A stretch of DNA of 64,000 bases from an uncultured cyanobacterium (GCA_963718615.1 OY970368.1:2816001-2880000), one strand, 5' to 3'; positions 40,887-52,419 are shown, counted from the stretch's first letter. Translations and numbers: made by a program. The notes: generated from the letters alone by a model not told the origin.

Positions 40887-42002
40887 TCAAGGACAAGGAT
40901 TCAAAGACAAGGACTCAAAGAAATGAGCGATCGCCCCAGCAATGGCGGCATTCCCATCCTGTTTGCCTTCGCCCATTGTCTCAGGACTGCCCTGGGCGGG
41001 TTGGAGCGGTTGTCGCAAAAAGGACCAATCCTCAGCAAAAAAAGCCTCTGGCTCAATAATTTGGTGGTCTACCCACCGGGGCAAGTCTGCCAGCAGAATC
41101 GGCGCTTCCGCAAAACCCTGGCGAGTCAGGGAAATAATCGGGGTGTGTTGGCGGCAGGCTTCCGCAAAGGTGCTGTATCCCGGTTTTGAGATCACGCAAT
41201 GGCACAGAGGCATAAAGTCCACGGGGCGGTAGTGATCGCCATTGGCCTTATAGAGATTGGGCAAATCCGGAGCCTTGGCATCAAACGTAATAAATTGCCA
41301 ATCGGGAAATGCGCTGAGGCGATCATAGGGAATTTGTTGCAAGCTCAGGCCGCCAAAGGTCAGCAACACCGTTCTCGCTTGGGGTGCACTGAACCCCAAG
41401 GCTTGCCGCAGGTGCTCAGCCTCTTGGCGGGGGGTTCCTCCGGTCAGTCCCACATCTTCCATCTGGGGAAAGGCGGTCATGGGCTCGTGGAAGGGGAGGC
41501 GGAAGAGGCGATCGCACTGCCCAAAACAATCGCCAATCCAAGCGCATAGGTCTGCAAACGCTGGACCCCAGTCTCGATAAATAAAATCCCAGCCAAAATT
41601 CCCCATCATCCAGCAGGGAACCCCAGCGGCTCGGGCGATCGGGGCAGCGAGGGGAGGAATATCGGCGAAAACGAGGCCGATGCGGTTTTGGCGGATGAAT
41701 TGGGATTCAGCGGCGATGAGTTGGGTCTGGCGATCGCGAATCTGTTCCAACTTTTCCTTCGTTGCCCCCAAATCCATCGTCAAACTATCCGCCTGAACCA
41801 CCCCCACATCTAGGGTTTGGGGTCGATAAATAAAATCTCCCGGCAAATAAGCCTCCAGCAGCCAGCGGGGCGCACCTGTCGCCATCACAATCAGTAAATC
41901 TGGACAGCGGCGTTGGGCCTCTGCCATCACCGCTGCTGCGCGGGTCGCATGGCCAAAACCATGGTTAGTCACGGCCACGTAGACCGCTGGACGCTTGGGC
42001 AT
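40887..42002 (-). CDS. GT-B fold glycosyltransferase-like protein
   Basis: HGFGHATR, LLTFGG, ISKPGYSTFAE. Confidence 0.8.
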   Translation of the reverse strand: MPKRPAVYVAVTNHGFGHATRAAAVMAEAQRRCPDLLIVMATGAPRWLLEAYLPGDFIYRPQTLDVGVVQADSLTMDLGATKEKLEQIRDRQTQLIAAESQFIRQNRIGLVFADIPPLAAPIARAAGVPCWMMGNFGWDFIYRDWGPAFADLCAWIGDCFGQCDRLFRLPFHEPMTAFPQMEDVGLTGGTPRQEAEHLRQALGFSAPQARTVLLTFGGLSLQQIPYDRLSAFPDWQFITFDAKAPDLPNLYKANGDHYRPVDFMPLCHCVISKPGYSTFAEACRQHTPIISLTRQGFAEAPILLADLPRWVDHQIIEPEAFFAEDWSFLRQPLQPAQGSPETMGEGKQDGNAAIAGAIAHFFESLSLNPCP

Positions 42003-42085
42003 AGAAGGATAGGAACCTAAAAACCGAATATCGAAAAAGCCGACACCAGTTTAAAACGTCGAGCCGTTCCAGCCCCAGACATTAC

Positions 42086-42565
42086 TTACCCTCCATAGTT
42101 CCAGCCTGTGCTTTCTAGCAGCAGCGGCTCACCGTCCCGATGTATCCCCGCCGCGATCACTTCCCCCACAAACACCGTATGGTCCCCATGTTCCACCGAG
42201 CCCACCACCCGGCATTCCACATAGCCCAGGGAGTCTTGAATAATCGGACAGCCGGTCTCGCCCAAATAAAACTCCACGTCTTCAAACTTATTCCCCACCC
42301 GACGCAAGGGCTTAAAGAATTTCGCCGCCATCTCCTTTTGGCCCGCTTCCAGGATGCTCAGGGCAAACACCCCGCTTGCCTTAACCATGGTGTGGGACTG
42401 GGAGCCCGTATTTACACAATTCACCACCAGGGGCGGCTGAAACGACGCCTGCATCACCCAGCTCGCCGTAAACCCATTCACCGCCTCACCATCGGTTACC
42501 CCACACACATAAATCCCATGGGGAATTTTGCGGAGCATCGTCTTCTTGGCCTGTTCGTCTAACAC
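42086..42565 (-). CDS. Flavin reductase-like FMN-binding protein
   Basis: NGFTASWV.QASF.PPLV, GDHTVFVGEV; TTG/GTG-type start. Confidence 0.92.
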   Translation of the reverse strand: MLDEQAKKTMLRKIPHGIYVCGVTDGEAVNGFTASWVMQASFQPPLVVNCVNTGSQSHTMVKASGVFALSILEAGQKEMAAKFFKPLRRVGNKFEDVEFYLGETGCPIIQDSLGYVECRVVGSVEHGDHTVFVGEVIAAGIHRDGEPLLLESTGWNYGG

Positions 42566-42718
42566 AGCCTTGCCTCTACTTAAAACGTTCTGGTTACAAC
42601 TTTCCAGGATATCAGAGGCGATCGAGGGGACTCATCCCCCGAATAGCAGACGGCTCTATCCCACTTTCCAGCGCAAACTAGGAAGCTATAATCACGACAG
42701 TTCACCGACGAAAGCTTT

Positions 42719-43300
42719 TTGACTGTGCGTGCCATTTATCCCGGTAGCTTTGATCCCATCACCTTGGGACATCTCGACATTATCGAGCGAGGTTGTCGGC
42801 TATTTGAGCAGGTCACCGTCGCCGTTTTGCAAAACCCCAACAAATCCCCTTTGTTTACGGTTGCAGAACGCATTGAGCTCATTTGTGAAGCCACACCCCA
42901 TCTGACCAATGTCAGTGTAACGGCCTTCGATGGATTGACGGTGAACTTTGCTCGGATGTGCAATGCCCAAGTGATTTTAAGGGGTCTGCGAGTCCTCTCA
43001 GATTTTGAGATGGAATTGCAAATGGCCCATACAAATAAAACTTTGGCAGAGAATGTGGAAACTGTTTTCTTAGCTACGTCAAACGAATATAGTTTCCTAA
43101 GTAGCAGTGTGGTTAAAGAAGTGGCCCGTTTTGGTGGCTCTGTTGATCACCTTGTCCCTGCCCACGTTGCCCAACACATATACAGCCGATGCTGCGCCCT
43201 CAAGCCCCCAGTTCTACCCACTCAGACCCTAATCTCCAAGCCGTTAACGGACTTGAGCAGTTCGACGGAGTCGACATCCAACAAGAGCTCAACGCCCTAG
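42719..43300 (+). CDS. coaD: Phosphopantetheine adenylyltransferase
   Basis: [31 protein letters not shown]. Confidence 0.97.
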   Translation: MTVRAIYPGSFDPITLGHLDIIERGCRLFEQVTVAVLQNPNKSPLFTVAERIELICEATPHLTNVSVTAFDGLTVNFARMCNAQVILRGLRVLSDFEMELQMAHTNKTLAENVETVFLATSNEYSFLSSSVVKEVARFGGSVDHLVPAHVAQHIYSRCCALKPPVLPTQTLISKPLTDLSSSTESTSNKSSTP

Positions 43301-43815
43301 AGGAAATGGTGTTAGACAGTCCCCGCTTGCCCCTGACGGGTAAGACGCTGGTGGACGAAGAGCAGCTTCTGGATCAGCTCGATATGGTTCGGCTGAATTT
43401 GCCGACGGCGTTTCAACTGGCCCAGGAAGTCATCGCGCGGCGAGATGAAATCATTAAAGAAGCCGAAAATTATGGGCGGCAAATTCTAGCGACCGCCGAA
43501 GCACGGGCTGCAGACTTGACCGATGAGCTCGGCATTATTCGCCAAGCGGAGCTGGAGTCTCAGCAGGTTCGCCAGCAGTTGCAGCAGGAGTGTGATGCAC
43601 TGCGGGAGCAGGTTTTGACCGAGGTAGAGCAAATCCGCAAACAGGCTAAGCTCGAATTAGACGAGATGCGTCAAGAGGCGCTAGTCGAACGGGATGAAAT
43701 CCAACAGGGCGCGGATGAATATGCTGATAGGGTCCTGGCGGATATGGAGCAGCGGCTCAACGAAATGATGCGGATCATCCGCAATGGCCGCAAGCAATTA
43801 CACAACCCCGAGTAG
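43189..43815 (+). CDS. cdv3: DivIVA-like coiled-coil cell division protein (Cdv3)
   Basis: [38 protein letters not shown]; follows coaD. Confidence 0.75.
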   Translation: MLRPQAPSSTHSDPNLQAVNGLEQFDGVDIQQELNALEEMVLDSPRLPLTGKTLVDEEQLLDQLDMVRLNLPTAFQLAQEVIARRDEIIKEAENYGRQILATAEARAADLTDELGIIRQAELESQQVRQQLQQECDALREQVLTEVEQIRKQAKLELDEMRQEALVERDEIQQGADEYADRVLADMEQRLNEMMRIIRNGRKQLHNPE

Positions 43816-43893
43816 GGACGAACCGCGTTCGTCCTGGGTTTTTGCATTCTGGGTTTTTGCGTCCTGGTTTTTTGTGTCTTGGGTTTTTGTGTC
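43816..43893 (+). terminator. Hairpin followed by four 15-bp T-rich tandem repeats between convergent cdv3 and sppA
   Basis: GGACGAAC-CGC-GTTCGTCC, then CTGGGTTTTTGCATT / CTGGGTTTTTGCGTC / CTGGTTTTTTGTGTC / TTGGGTTTTTGTGTC. Confidence 0.6.
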
Positions 43894-43920
43894 TTGGATC
43901 ATTTTTTCTTCCTTCGGGTA

Positions 43921-45735
43921 TCAGTGAATCTCCAAATTAAACGGCAGCCTGGTATAAATTCCTCGGGGATCATTTAAATAACGGAGGGGAATGAGATCCT
44001 GCTGCAAAGCCTTCCATTCCTGATTAAACGGTGCGGGCAATGAGACCGATGCGGCCCGTTCGGGTTGGGGAAGTGCCGAGAAAATCTCTTCAAAGATGGC
44101 TTGCTCAAAACTACGCTGCCGGGGATATTCTTCGACCGTCCACTGATCCGGTTCGAGCTTGGCGAAGGAAGCCGCTTCGGCGATCGCAGCATCCAGTCCC
44201 CCCAACTCATCCACCAATCCTAAAGACTTAGCATTGATCCCCGACCAAACGCGACCTTCCGCAATCTTTGCCACCTCTGCCTTTGGCAGATTACGTCCCT
44301 TGGCCACCATGTCTAAAAACTGGTCATAAACGGCGTTTGCTGTTTTTTGCTGAATTGCCAATTCTGCCGGGGTTTTGGGGCGGGCGATCGTCTGGCTATT
44401 GGCAAAAGGCGCGGTTTGAATGGTATCCCAGGTAATGCCATTGCTATTGGCGATCTTTTGCACATTGGGCAGCAGACCGTAGGTCCCAATCGAGCCTGTA
44501 ATCGTGTTGGCCTGGGCAAAAATCTTTTTCGCTGGCGTCGAAACCCAATATCCACCGGACGCAGCATAATCCCCCATGGAAACCACCAAGGGCTTGTCTT
44601 GGGCCAAGAGCGTCAGCTCCCGCCCAATAGCGCTGGCGGCGGTGGCTCCGCCCCCTGGACTGTTGACTCGCAGGACCACTGCCTTGACTTCTTCAGTTTG
44701 ACGGACTTCTTGCAGCAGCTCTACAAGGGTGTCGCTGGCCGCCACGCTGAAATTGCCCTCACCGCTGACAATCTCGCCTTCCAAGTAAACAATCGCAATT
44801 TGGTTGTCACTCTTGCCTTTGCTGTCTCCGTTCTGATCCTGAGCGATGTTGCTATATTCCTCCACCGAAAGTTGACGGAAGGGCTCATCCTCTGGCCCAC
44901 CGGTCAAGGCTTTGAGTTTGGTGTCAATTTCATCGGAATAGCTGACCTGGTCCATCAGCTTTTGCGCCAAGGCTTCGGGAGCCGTTAAGAGCGCGCGCTG
45001 AGTGGCGATCGCCTGCAATTGCTTGGCATCCACCGGGCGATACTCTGCCGTTTTTTGCAGAAATGTCCCCCACAAACTGCCCAGCAGGGTTTCGGTTTGC
45101 TGACGATTGGCGGGGCTAAAGGATTTATTGAGATAGGGTTCGACCGCTGACTTAAATTGGCCAACGCGCACCACCTGCATTCCCAAACCAAATTTTTCTA
45201 GGGCTCCCGCATAGAACCGCACCTCGGCACTAAAGCCATTGAGGGTGAGGCTGCCGATGGGATCAATGGCTAAATGATCCGCCACGGAACCGAGAAAATA
45301 TTCCGGTTCGCTCCAGTCTGAATCGTAGGCGTAGACGGGCTTTCCGGCTTTCCGAAAGATTTTGATCGCGTCCCGAATCTCCGTGAGTGAGGCGTAGCCA
45401 TTGGCGGGAGGGCGATCGCTGCCCTGGAGATAGAGCGCCACAATCTTGTCATCCTTTGCCGCCGCCGTCAGGGTTTGGACGAGCGATCGCAAACTCGTTC
45501 CTCCACTACTGCTCGAAAAGGGATCACCAAACCCTAGACTGCTGCCACTGGGCGCACTGTCCGTCACAGGCAGGGACAGGTCATAGACCAAAACACTCTT
45601 TTTCCGGACCTTGGGTGCGCTCTGTTCGGGCTTTGCAGCCGTAAACACAAGCAGGGCTAACCCACCGGCTCCCAGCGCTGTAAAGAGAATTAAGCCCACC
45701 AGCGTGGCGAGGACGGTGCGAAGAAACTTGAGCAT
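43921..45735 (-). CDS. sppA: Signal peptide peptidase SppA (protease IV, 67-kDa type)
   Basis: FKSAVEP, LRVNSPGG, SMGDYAASGGYW, TGSIG, AEGRVWSG. Confidence 0.96.
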   Translation of the reverse strand: MLKFLRTVLATLVGLILFTALGAGGLALLVFTAAKPEQSAPKVRKKSVLVYDLSLPVTDSAPSGSSLGFGDPFSSSSGGTSLRSLVQTLTAAAKDDKIVALYLQGSDRPPANGYASLTEIRDAIKIFRKAGKPVYAYDSDWSEPEYFLGSVADHLAIDPIGSLTLNGFSAEVRFYAGALEKFGLGMQVVRVGQFKSAVEPYLNKSFSPANRQQTETLLGSLWGTFLQKTAEYRPVDAKQLQAIATQRALLTAPEALAQKLMDQVSYSDEIDTKLKALTGGPEDEPFRQLSVEEYSNIAQDQNGDSKGKSDNQIAIVYLEGEIVSGEGNFSVAASDTLVELLQEVRQTEEVKAVVLRVNSPGGGATAASAIGRELTLLAQDKPLVVSMGDYAASGGYWVSTPAKKIFAQANTITGSIGTYGLLPNVQKIANSNGITWDTIQTAPFANSQTIARPKTPAELAIQQKTANAVYDQFLDMVAKGRNLPKAEVAKIAEGRVWSGINAKSLGLVDELGGLDAAIAEAASFAKLEPDQWTVEEYPRQRSFEQAIFEEIFSALPQPERAASVSLPAPFNQEWKALQQDLIPLRYLNDPRGIYTRLPFNLEIH

Positions 45736-45860
45736 GCGGTAAGGGGAGAATTCTCAAAGGGGATACAGACTTCTCTCTATTCTAGAAATTTCCCGCCTCG
45801 ACTGAAAAATCCCCCAGGACCGCATGATTTTTCTTAACTCAGGGGTTGGACACCACAATC

Positions 45861-47192
45861 CTAGAGCGTGAGAGACTGGGGATTCGTCTCAATCAGCTCC
45901 GCCAGATCCTTCAGGAAGGCAGCAGCATCAGCTCCGTAGATAATCCGGTGGTCGCAGGTAATGTTGACCGTCATCTGACGGCGGACACCGAATAGACCGT
46001 TGTTGCTAGCGACCAGTTGGGGTTTAGAACCGCCGATCGCCAAAATCGACCCCTGACCCGGCGGCAAAATCGCATCGAATGTATCTACGCCAAACATGCC
46101 GAGGTTGGAGAGCGTAAACGTGCCGGTGCTATATTCGTCTGGCTTGAGCTGCTTCGTTCGGGCTCGTGCCACCAAATCCTGCCAATTGCGCGAGAGGGAA
46201 TAAAGATCCGTTTCATCGGCCCGCGCCAATACAGGCGTAATCAAGCCGCCATCGCCCATGGCCACTGCCACCGCAATATTGATGGCTGAACTATGCTGAA
46301 TTCCGTTAGGGTTATAGCTGGCGTTAACGACAGGGTGCTTCTTCAGCGTCACGGCCACGGCTTTCGCCAGCAAGGCAGTCATTGTCACCCCCTTGGGCTT
46401 GACCTGTTTGTAGAGGGCATCCAGGCCATCGGTCGTGATCGTGTAGGCAACGCGGAAAACCGGGACTTGCAGGCTGGCTTCCATGTTACGCACCACGGCC
46501 TGCTGCAGCGTATTGAAGGGCACGAGCTGACCCGGTGCTGCGGGGGCCGGGGGTGGGGTGGCCGGTGCGGCAGCTCTGGGAGCAGCAGCCGTGGCAGCAG
46601 CTATCGCAGTAACGGTAGCCGGAGCTGCCTTCACCCCTGCGCCGTTGCTAGCGGCAACTCCGGCTACCGCTTCCACATCGGCGGTCACAATGCGGCCATG
46701 GGGACCACTGCCCTGAATTCCGGCTAAATCAACGCCGAGGGACTTGGCCAGTTTGCGGGCCCGAGGGGAAACGATGGTGCGACCCTTGCGGGCCGGGACC
46801 GTTGTTGCTGCCGGGGCCGCTCCGGGTTCGGAGGCCGCTAAGCTCTGAGCCGCAGCCGCAGGGGCGGTACTGCTACTGGCTGCATTGCTGGAAGCGCTGC
46901 TGGACCCCTTGCTGAGACTGGCGGCTTGTTGTTTGGCGGTTTCGATTTCGGCTTCGGTTTCGGCAATCAGGGCGATCGCCTCCCCCACCGGAGCCGACGA
47001 TCCCGCAGGTACCACAATCGTGGCCAAATAGCCCTCATAGAAAGATTCGACATCCATGTCGGCCTTATCGGACTCGACAATCACCACCGTTTCCCCTTTC
47101 TCAACTTTGTCTCCAGGGGCCTTGACCCAATCCACAATTTTTCCCTCCGTCATCGTTGAGCTGAGGGCGGGCATAAAAATTTCATGAATCAT
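45861..47192 (-). CDS. pdhC: Pyruvate dehydrogenase E2 dihydrolipoamide acetyltransferase
   Basis: MIHEIFMPALSSTMTEG, lipoyl site ESDKAD, SPRARKLA, DHRIIYG; start ATG 47192. Confidence 0.96.
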   Translation of the reverse strand: MIHEIFMPALSSTMTEGKIVDWVKAPGDKVEKGETVVIVESDKADMDVESFYEGYLATIVVPAGSSAPVGEAIALIAETEAEIETAKQQAASLSKGSSSASSNAASSSTAPAAAAQSLAASEPGAAPAATTVPARKGRTIVSPRARKLAKSLGVDLAGIQGSGPHGRIVTADVEAVAGVAASNGAGVKAAPATVTAIAAATAAAPRAAAPATPPPAPAAPGQLVPFNTLQQAVVRNMEASLQVPVFRVAYTITTDGLDALYKQVKPKGVTMTALLAKAVAVTLKKHPVVNASYNPNGIQHSSAINIAVAVAMGDGGLITPVLARADETDLYSLSRNWQDLVARARTKQLKPDEYSTGTFTLSNLGMFGVDTFDAILPPGQGSILAIGGSKPQLVASNNGLFGVRRQMTVNITCDHRIIYGADAAAFLKDLAELIETNPQSLTL

Positions 47193-47392
47193 GGGGAGCT
47201 GGTCCGAATCTTTCTTTTTGTAAAAATCCAAAGCAAATTGTATCTCGCGAGGGGGGTGCTTATCAGAATTGATGCTGACAAACCTCAATCTATTGTGGCT
47301 TACATTTCCCTTGTAACTTTCCTCACAGCATAGAAGGGAGCCTAGCCGTGCCAAGCTCCCTTCCTGAACCCCATGGAAATCAGAACCCTGGT

Positions 47393-47839
47393 TTAGAGCT
47401 CGCCCCGAATATCTTCCACAATGCCATCGCGAATGAGGACCTCGACTTGCATTTTCTTGATCAGGTTGTCCCCTTTCTGAAGATAGAAAAAGCTGTCCAC
47501 CTGACCTTGACTGACCTCCTGGTCCATCTCTAGCAATTGGACCTGCTGGAGCTGTTGCAGGATACGGTTTTTCTGTTCTAGCAGCTCGCTCTTGCGCTGA
47601 TTGAGCTGTCCTTGAATATTCTCGATTTGCTGTCGGACCTGAGGCCCCTCAGGATCGACACTTTGCTTCTGCACTTCTAGGATCATCCGCTGGGCTTGCA
47701 TATCCATCTGCTGGAGCTGGCCATCAAGCTGGTTGATTTGGTCTTGAAGCTGCTGCTGGGCTTCTTCTTTCCAGCGGGGAGTGACTATAGCTTTGACGTT
47801 AATCGTACGTTTGAGCTGTAGCTTGTTTGCCTCATCCAT
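47393..47839 (-). CDS. YlqD family protein
   Basis: LQLKRTINVKAIVTPRWKEE...GDNLIKKMQVEVLIRDG; start ATG 47839. Confidence 0.88.
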   Translation of the reverse strand: MDEANKLQLKRTINVKAIVTPRWKEEAQQQLQDQINQLDGQLQQMDMQAQRMILEVQKQSVDPEGPQVRQQIENIQGQLNQRKSELLEQKNRILQQLQQVQLLEMDQEVSQGQVDSFFYLQKGDNLIKKMQVEVLIRDGIVEDIRGEL

Positions 47840-47867
47840 AAGTTTTTCTACTAAGAAAGGAGTGTAT

Positions 47868-49808
47868 CTACTTGAACATCTCGTCAATGATAGCCTGGTA
47901 GCGCTCTCTGACAAGGTTGCGCTTAACCTTGAGGGTTTGGGTGAGCATGCCATTCTCAATACTGAAAGGTTCTTGCAGTAATCGGAAGGTGGCAATGCGA
48001 TCATCAGGCCGGAATCCCGGTCGATTTTTGACCTCCCGGTTAAGCTCCTGACGAAGGAGGTCCTGAACTTCTTTCTGGTCTAAATTGTCACCATCCGCAA
48101 AGCCGTAGGGTAATTTTTTGTTGATGGACCAATTTTGCAACGCTTCTAGATTGGGAACCACGAGGGCACCTAAGGCTTTTTGATCTTGCCCGAGGAGCAT
48201 AATTTGATCCACATAGGGACTGCGAATACAGGCGTCTTCGATGGGCTGAGGTTCAATGTTTTCGCCGTTGGTCAGCACAATGGTGTCCTTAGCCCGCCCG
48301 GTGATGATCAAATCCTGGGCCTCCGTCAGTAATCCCAGATCTCCGGTATCAAACCAGCCCTGAGGGTCAATGGCCTTTTGGGTCGCTTCGGGGTTTTTAT
48401 AATAGCCCTGCATGACTTGGGCACCTCGAATCAGGACGAGACCTTGCTGACCGATGGGGAGGGGCGATCGCGTCTCCGGATTGACAATCACCACTTCGGT
48501 CTGGCCTAGGGGCTGACCATCGGCCCCCCGTAAATTGTGCCAGGGACGACGAACATTCGTAATGGGCGAAGTTTCCGTTAGACCATAGCCGCCCAAAATG
48601 TTGATTCCGACAATTTCAAAGAAATCTTCTAGGTGTTCGGCGATTGAACCGCCGCCGCTCACGACAAATTTAATTTTTCCGCCCAACCCCGCTCGGATTT
48701 TTTGGTAGACGAGGCGATCGCCCCCCTGATGAATCACCCAAAGAAAGGGCAACGTCAGTGCGGCTTTGAATTTTTGGCCCAGGGAGGGATTGAGATTTTC
48801 GAGATCCAAATGGCTCAGGGTTCGCTGGGCGCGGATGTAGCGATCGCTCTGGGTCAGGAAAAAATTCACCAGCTTCTGCTTGCTGGCGGGCTGGTCGCGA
48901 AACTGTTTTTGGATCCCCTCATAAATCGACTCCCATAGTCGCGGCACGCCGACCATGTACTGAGGCTGAAAGTCTTTCAGGTCCTTTTTGACGAAGCGAA
49001 TATTGGTATAAATCTGGGTGCAGCCCTGGGAAAAGATGAAATATTCAAACGTGCGTTCATAACAGTGCCAGATGGGCAAAATGCTCAGCACTTTCTCCCC
49101 GGCTGCTAGGCGCACGACAGAACAAGCTCCGGCAATTTGGGAGAGCAAGTTGCGGTGGCTGAGCATGACGCCCTTGGGCTGACCGGAGGTCCCCGAGGTG
49201 TACATCAGCGTGGCGACGTCATCTCGCCGACGGGGCACAAAACTGAGGGAATGACCTTGGCCCTGAGCCAGGATCTGGGGGAAATTGAGCAGCGTTAACC
49301 CTTCTGCCTCAACGGTTTCGTCGGACAGCAAAATCACAAAACGGGGCTGGAGGGCTTTGAGGTCAGGCAGGAGTTTTTTGAGGGTGGCTTGGTCCTGGAC
49401 AATTAGTGCCACACTGTCGCTATGGTCAAGGATATAGAGCAGCTCTTCGCGATCGCTCTGGGAGCCCCGCACCACATCCACTCCGCCAGCGGTCATAATT
49501 CCCTGATCAGCCACCAACCAGCGGGGACTATTGTCGGCAATCAGGGCGATATGTTCATCCGCTTGGAGCCCCAGGGATTGCAGTCCTGCCGCAAACTGCT
49601 GAATCAGTTGACACAGCTCCTGGTACGTAAATTTCAGGGCCGGGGTGCTGTGAGGATCGTCAACCGCGAGGGTCTGACCAAATCGCTGGGCGGCGATCGC
49701 CCAAATCTCAGGAATAGTCTGGATACTGTCGTAGTTCACCGAAGCAGCGAGATTGGCTTGCTCCTGAGGCGAAAGTTGGGTGCGGTCGATGAGTGCGGCA
49801 GAATTCAT
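47868..49808 (-). CDS. Long-chain fatty acid--ACP/CoA ligase (Aas-type)
   Basis: YTSGTSGQPKG, GYGLTE, WFDTGD, GRAKDTIVLTNGENIEP. Confidence 0.93.
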   Translation of the reverse strand: MNSAALIDRTQLSPQEQANLAASVNYDSIQTIPEIWAIAAQRFGQTLAVDDPHSTPALKFTYQELCQLIQQFAAGLQSLGLQADEHIALIADNSPRWLVADQGIMTAGGVDVVRGSQSDREELLYILDHSDSVALIVQDQATLKKLLPDLKALQPRFVILLSDETVEAEGLTLLNFPQILAQGQGHSLSFVPRRRDDVATLMYTSGTSGQPKGVMLSHRNLLSQIAGACSVVRLAAGEKVLSILPIWHCYERTFEYFIFSQGCTQIYTNIRFVKKDLKDFQPQYMVGVPRLWESIYEGIQKQFRDQPASKQKLVNFFLTQSDRYIRAQRTLSHLDLENLNPSLGQKFKAALTLPFLWVIHQGGDRLVYQKIRAGLGGKIKFVVSGGGSIAEHLEDFFEIVGINILGGYGLTETSPITNVRRPWHNLRGADGQPLGQTEVVIVNPETRSPLPIGQQGLVLIRGAQVMQGYYKNPEATQKAIDPQGWFDTGDLGLLTEAQDLIITGRAKDTIVLTNGENIEPQPIEDACIRSPYVDQIMLLGQDQKALGALVVPNLEALQNWSINKKLPYGFADGDNLDQKEVQDLLRQELNREVKNRPGFRPDDRIATFRLLQEPFSIENGMLTQTLKVKRNLVRERYQAIIDEMFK

Positions 49809-49984
49809 GATTCGGTTACTTCCCTTAACGACGTGGGCAATAGGCCCCTTGTAGTTTTGTGACCTCTAGTCTAAGCCTAGGTTGAGCAGACAGGGGCAGC
49901 GGGATGGGAAGGACAGATTTTGAGTTGGCTTAAGTTTCTGAACGCGGAATTCTGTGCGGAATTCTGATAGAGAAAAAAGCCCAT

Positions 49985-50014
49985 AAAAAAGCGAGTCGTA
50001 GCAATACGACTCGC
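49985..50014 (-). terminator. Intrinsic terminator of ftsH
   Basis: Minus strand GCGAGTCGTA-TTGC-TACGACTCGC-TTTTTT. Confidence 0.85.
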
Positions 50015-50082
50015 CTTGAGGCTATTGAAGGATTTGAGATGATCCAGCGTTCAAAGGGGCTGCCTGCGCCCGAACCTCGGGC

Positions 50083-51975
50083 CTAGAGCGCCGGAACAAA
50101 CCGCTCTTTTTCAGGCACTTCGATGTATTCTGCGACGATTTGGCGGAACTCTTCGCCGTCAATCGACTCTTTCTCGATCAGCAGATCCACGAGGCGATCG
50201 ATCACGACGCGGTTATCGCGAATGATCTGTAAGGTCTTTTCGTAGCACTCGCGGGCGATCGCCTGCACTTCCTCGTCAATCTTCGAAGCAATCCGCTCCG
50301 AATATTCGCTGCGATTGACCAAACCGCCGCCAATAAACACCTCTTGACTTTGGCTTTCCAAAGAGAGCAAGCCAAGCTTATCAGACATGCCAAACCGGGT
50401 CACCATTTGCCGCGCCATGCCGGTCACCTGCTGGAGATCATTGCCTGCCCCCGTGGTGACTTCGTCCTGGCCAAAGATCACCGCCTCAGCGGCCCGTCCG
50501 CCCAGGGCTCCCATAATCCGAGCAATCAACTGCGCCCGTGAAATTAGGCTTTGGTCCTCGCCCGGCGCAAACCAGGTGAGACCTTGGGCCTGACCGCGAG
50601 GAATCAACGTCACTTTCTGCACGGGGTCGTGGGCTTTGACCAATGTGCCGACAATGGCATGACCGACTTCATGGTAAGCAATCAGGCGCTTGCTCTTACC
50701 GTCGGTGAGGGGGGTGCCCTCCATCCCAGCAATAACGCGATCGACCGCATCATCAATTTCCAGCATTGTGATCGCTTCTTTACGGCGACGGGCCGTGAGA
50801 ATGGCCGCTTCATTGAGCAAATTAGACAGATCCGCGCCGCTAAAGCCCGGTGTCCGCCGTGCAATCTGGTCGAGGGAAATATCTTCCGCCAGCTTCTTGT
50901 TGCGGGCATGGACATTGAGAATTTCGAGACGACCCTTGATGTCGGGGGTATCGACGGTAACCTGGCGATCGAAACGGCCCGGACGCAGCAACGCCGAATC
51001 CAAGACATCAGGACGGTTGGTGGCCGCGATGATAATGATGCCGGTATTGCCCTCAAACCCATCCATCTCAGTCAAGAGCTGGTTGAGGGTCTGCTCCCGC
51101 TCGTCGTTGCCACCACCGATGCCCGCGCCCCGCTGACGACCCACTGCGTCAATCTCGTCGATAAAGATAATGCAAGGGGCATTTTCCTTGGCCTTCTTAA
51201 ACAGGTCACGCACCCGCGAGGCACCTACACCCACAAACATTTCGACAAACTCAGAACCCGAGATACTGAAGAACGGCGTGCCTGCTTCTCCGGCGATCGC
51301 CTTCGCCAGCAGGGTTTTACCCGTCCCCGGAGGACCCACCAACAGCACGCCCTTGGGAATCCGAGCCCCAACAGCTGTAAAGCGCTCAGGCTTTTTCAGG
51401 AACGTCACCACCTCTTGCAGCTCTTCCTTGGCTTCCTCAATCCCCGCGACGTCGTCAAACATCACGCCGGTCTTGGCTTCCATCTGAAACCGCGCCTTCG
51501 ATTTGCCAAAGTTCATCGCTTGGCCCGGTCCACCCGGCACATTGCCCGAGCGACGGAATAAGAAGAATAGCCCCGTAATCAGCAAAACGGGAAAAATCAG
51601 ATTGCTGAGCAGGCCCCAGAAGGCCCCGTCATTGCGAGCAGGGTGAATATCAAAATCTACCGACTCGTTCGTGAGCCGCCCAACCAACTCCGACGTATTT
51701 CCCGGCAAATCGACCCGCAGCCGCTGGGCCCGATTATCCAGTTCTGGATCCACTGCCTGGACGATCGCCGTCCGCCCCCCCTCATAGAGATCAACCGTGG
51801 TCACACGACCGGCATCGAGGTACTCCAAAAAGCGCCCGTAGGTCATGCGGGTGCTGGCAGTATTGTTCTGACTCATGGCGCTGCCCGACGGGATAGCACT
51901 GCCTTGCCAAAGGAAGAAGCCGATGAGTAGGAGTGGCACCGCCCAAAGCGCGATGACTTTCCAGGAAATTTTCAT
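50083..51975 (-). CDS. ftsH: ATP-dependent zinc metalloprotease FtsH2
   Basis: [24 protein letters not shown]; FtsH2-type N-terminus. Confidence 0.97.
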   Translation of the reverse strand: MKISWKVIALWAVPLLLIGFFLWQGSAIPSGSAMSQNNTASTRMTYGRFLEYLDAGRVTTVDLYEGGRTAIVQAVDPELDNRAQRLRVDLPGNTSELVGRLTNESVDFDIHPARNDGAFWGLLSNLIFPVLLITGLFFLFRRSGNVPGGPGQAMNFGKSKARFQMEAKTGVMFDDVAGIEEAKEELQEVVTFLKKPERFTAVGARIPKGVLLVGPPGTGKTLLAKAIAGEAGTPFFSISGSEFVEMFVGVGASRVRDLFKKAKENAPCIIFIDEIDAVGRQRGAGIGGGNDEREQTLNQLLTEMDGFEGNTGIIIIAATNRPDVLDSALLRPGRFDRQVTVDTPDIKGRLEILNVHARNKKLAEDISLDQIARRTPGFSGADLSNLLNEAAILTARRRKEAITMLEIDDAVDRVIAGMEGTPLTDGKSKRLIAYHEVGHAIVGTLVKAHDPVQKVTLIPRGQAQGLTWFAPGEDQSLISRAQLIARIMGALGGRAAEAVIFGQDEVTTGAGNDLQQVTGMARQMVTRFGMSDKLGLLSLESQSQEVFIGGGLVNRSEYSERIASKIDEEVQAIARECYEKTLQIIRDNRVVIDRLVDLLIEKESIDGEEFRQIVAEYIEVPEKERFVPAL

Positions 51976-52086
51976 GGGGTGAGTCGCCTCAATATTCGGA
52001 AAACAGCAGATCGGGACATCGAAAACCGGTCTAAGAAGGAATTCACAAAAAGGGAGTGTTTACCCCAAAAGGAATTTATTAGAAGA

Positions 52087-52104
52087 ATCTTTACTAAATT
52101 TAAC
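52087..52104 (-). promoter_or_regulatory. HLR1-like (RpaB) direct repeat upstream of ftsH2
   Basis: Minus strand GTTAAATT-TA-GTAAAGAT resembles (G/T)TTACA(T/A)(T/A)-N2 repeats; an imperfect match. Confidence 0.35.
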
Positions 52105-52419
52105 GTATTCCCAGAAAGGTGAGCAACTGCGGCTTGGATTCCTTGTGTCTGAGGCCAAAGTCCTCAACATTTAGACTATAGAATCCAGACCATTGAGCGG
52201 GGAGCCTCTGGAAATATTACAGAATATAAAGATCGACCTCTAAAGGATCGAAACGGTCAAAGCCCTACGGGAGAGACGTTTCCAAGCGTAAATTGCGATG
52301 AAAGGCCCTGTGCCCTTTGGAATCAAAGCGATGAAGCGATCGCATTGATTCTGTATATGAGAGCATTGTCTGTATATTTCATTTATTGATGAGCGACTGT
52401 CGGGAGCCAATAAAATCTC

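Noticed and set aside
43834-43893. Periodic repeats as a possible mini-CRISPR array
   Set aside because: 15-bp head-to-tail units with no unique spacers and no cas genes; a simple tandem repeat
50551-51561. 336-aa ORF antisense to ftsH, and similar antisense ORFs over the antiporter, sppA, lpdA and htpG
   Set aside because: Shadow frames expected from the codon bias of conserved genes; no motifs of their own
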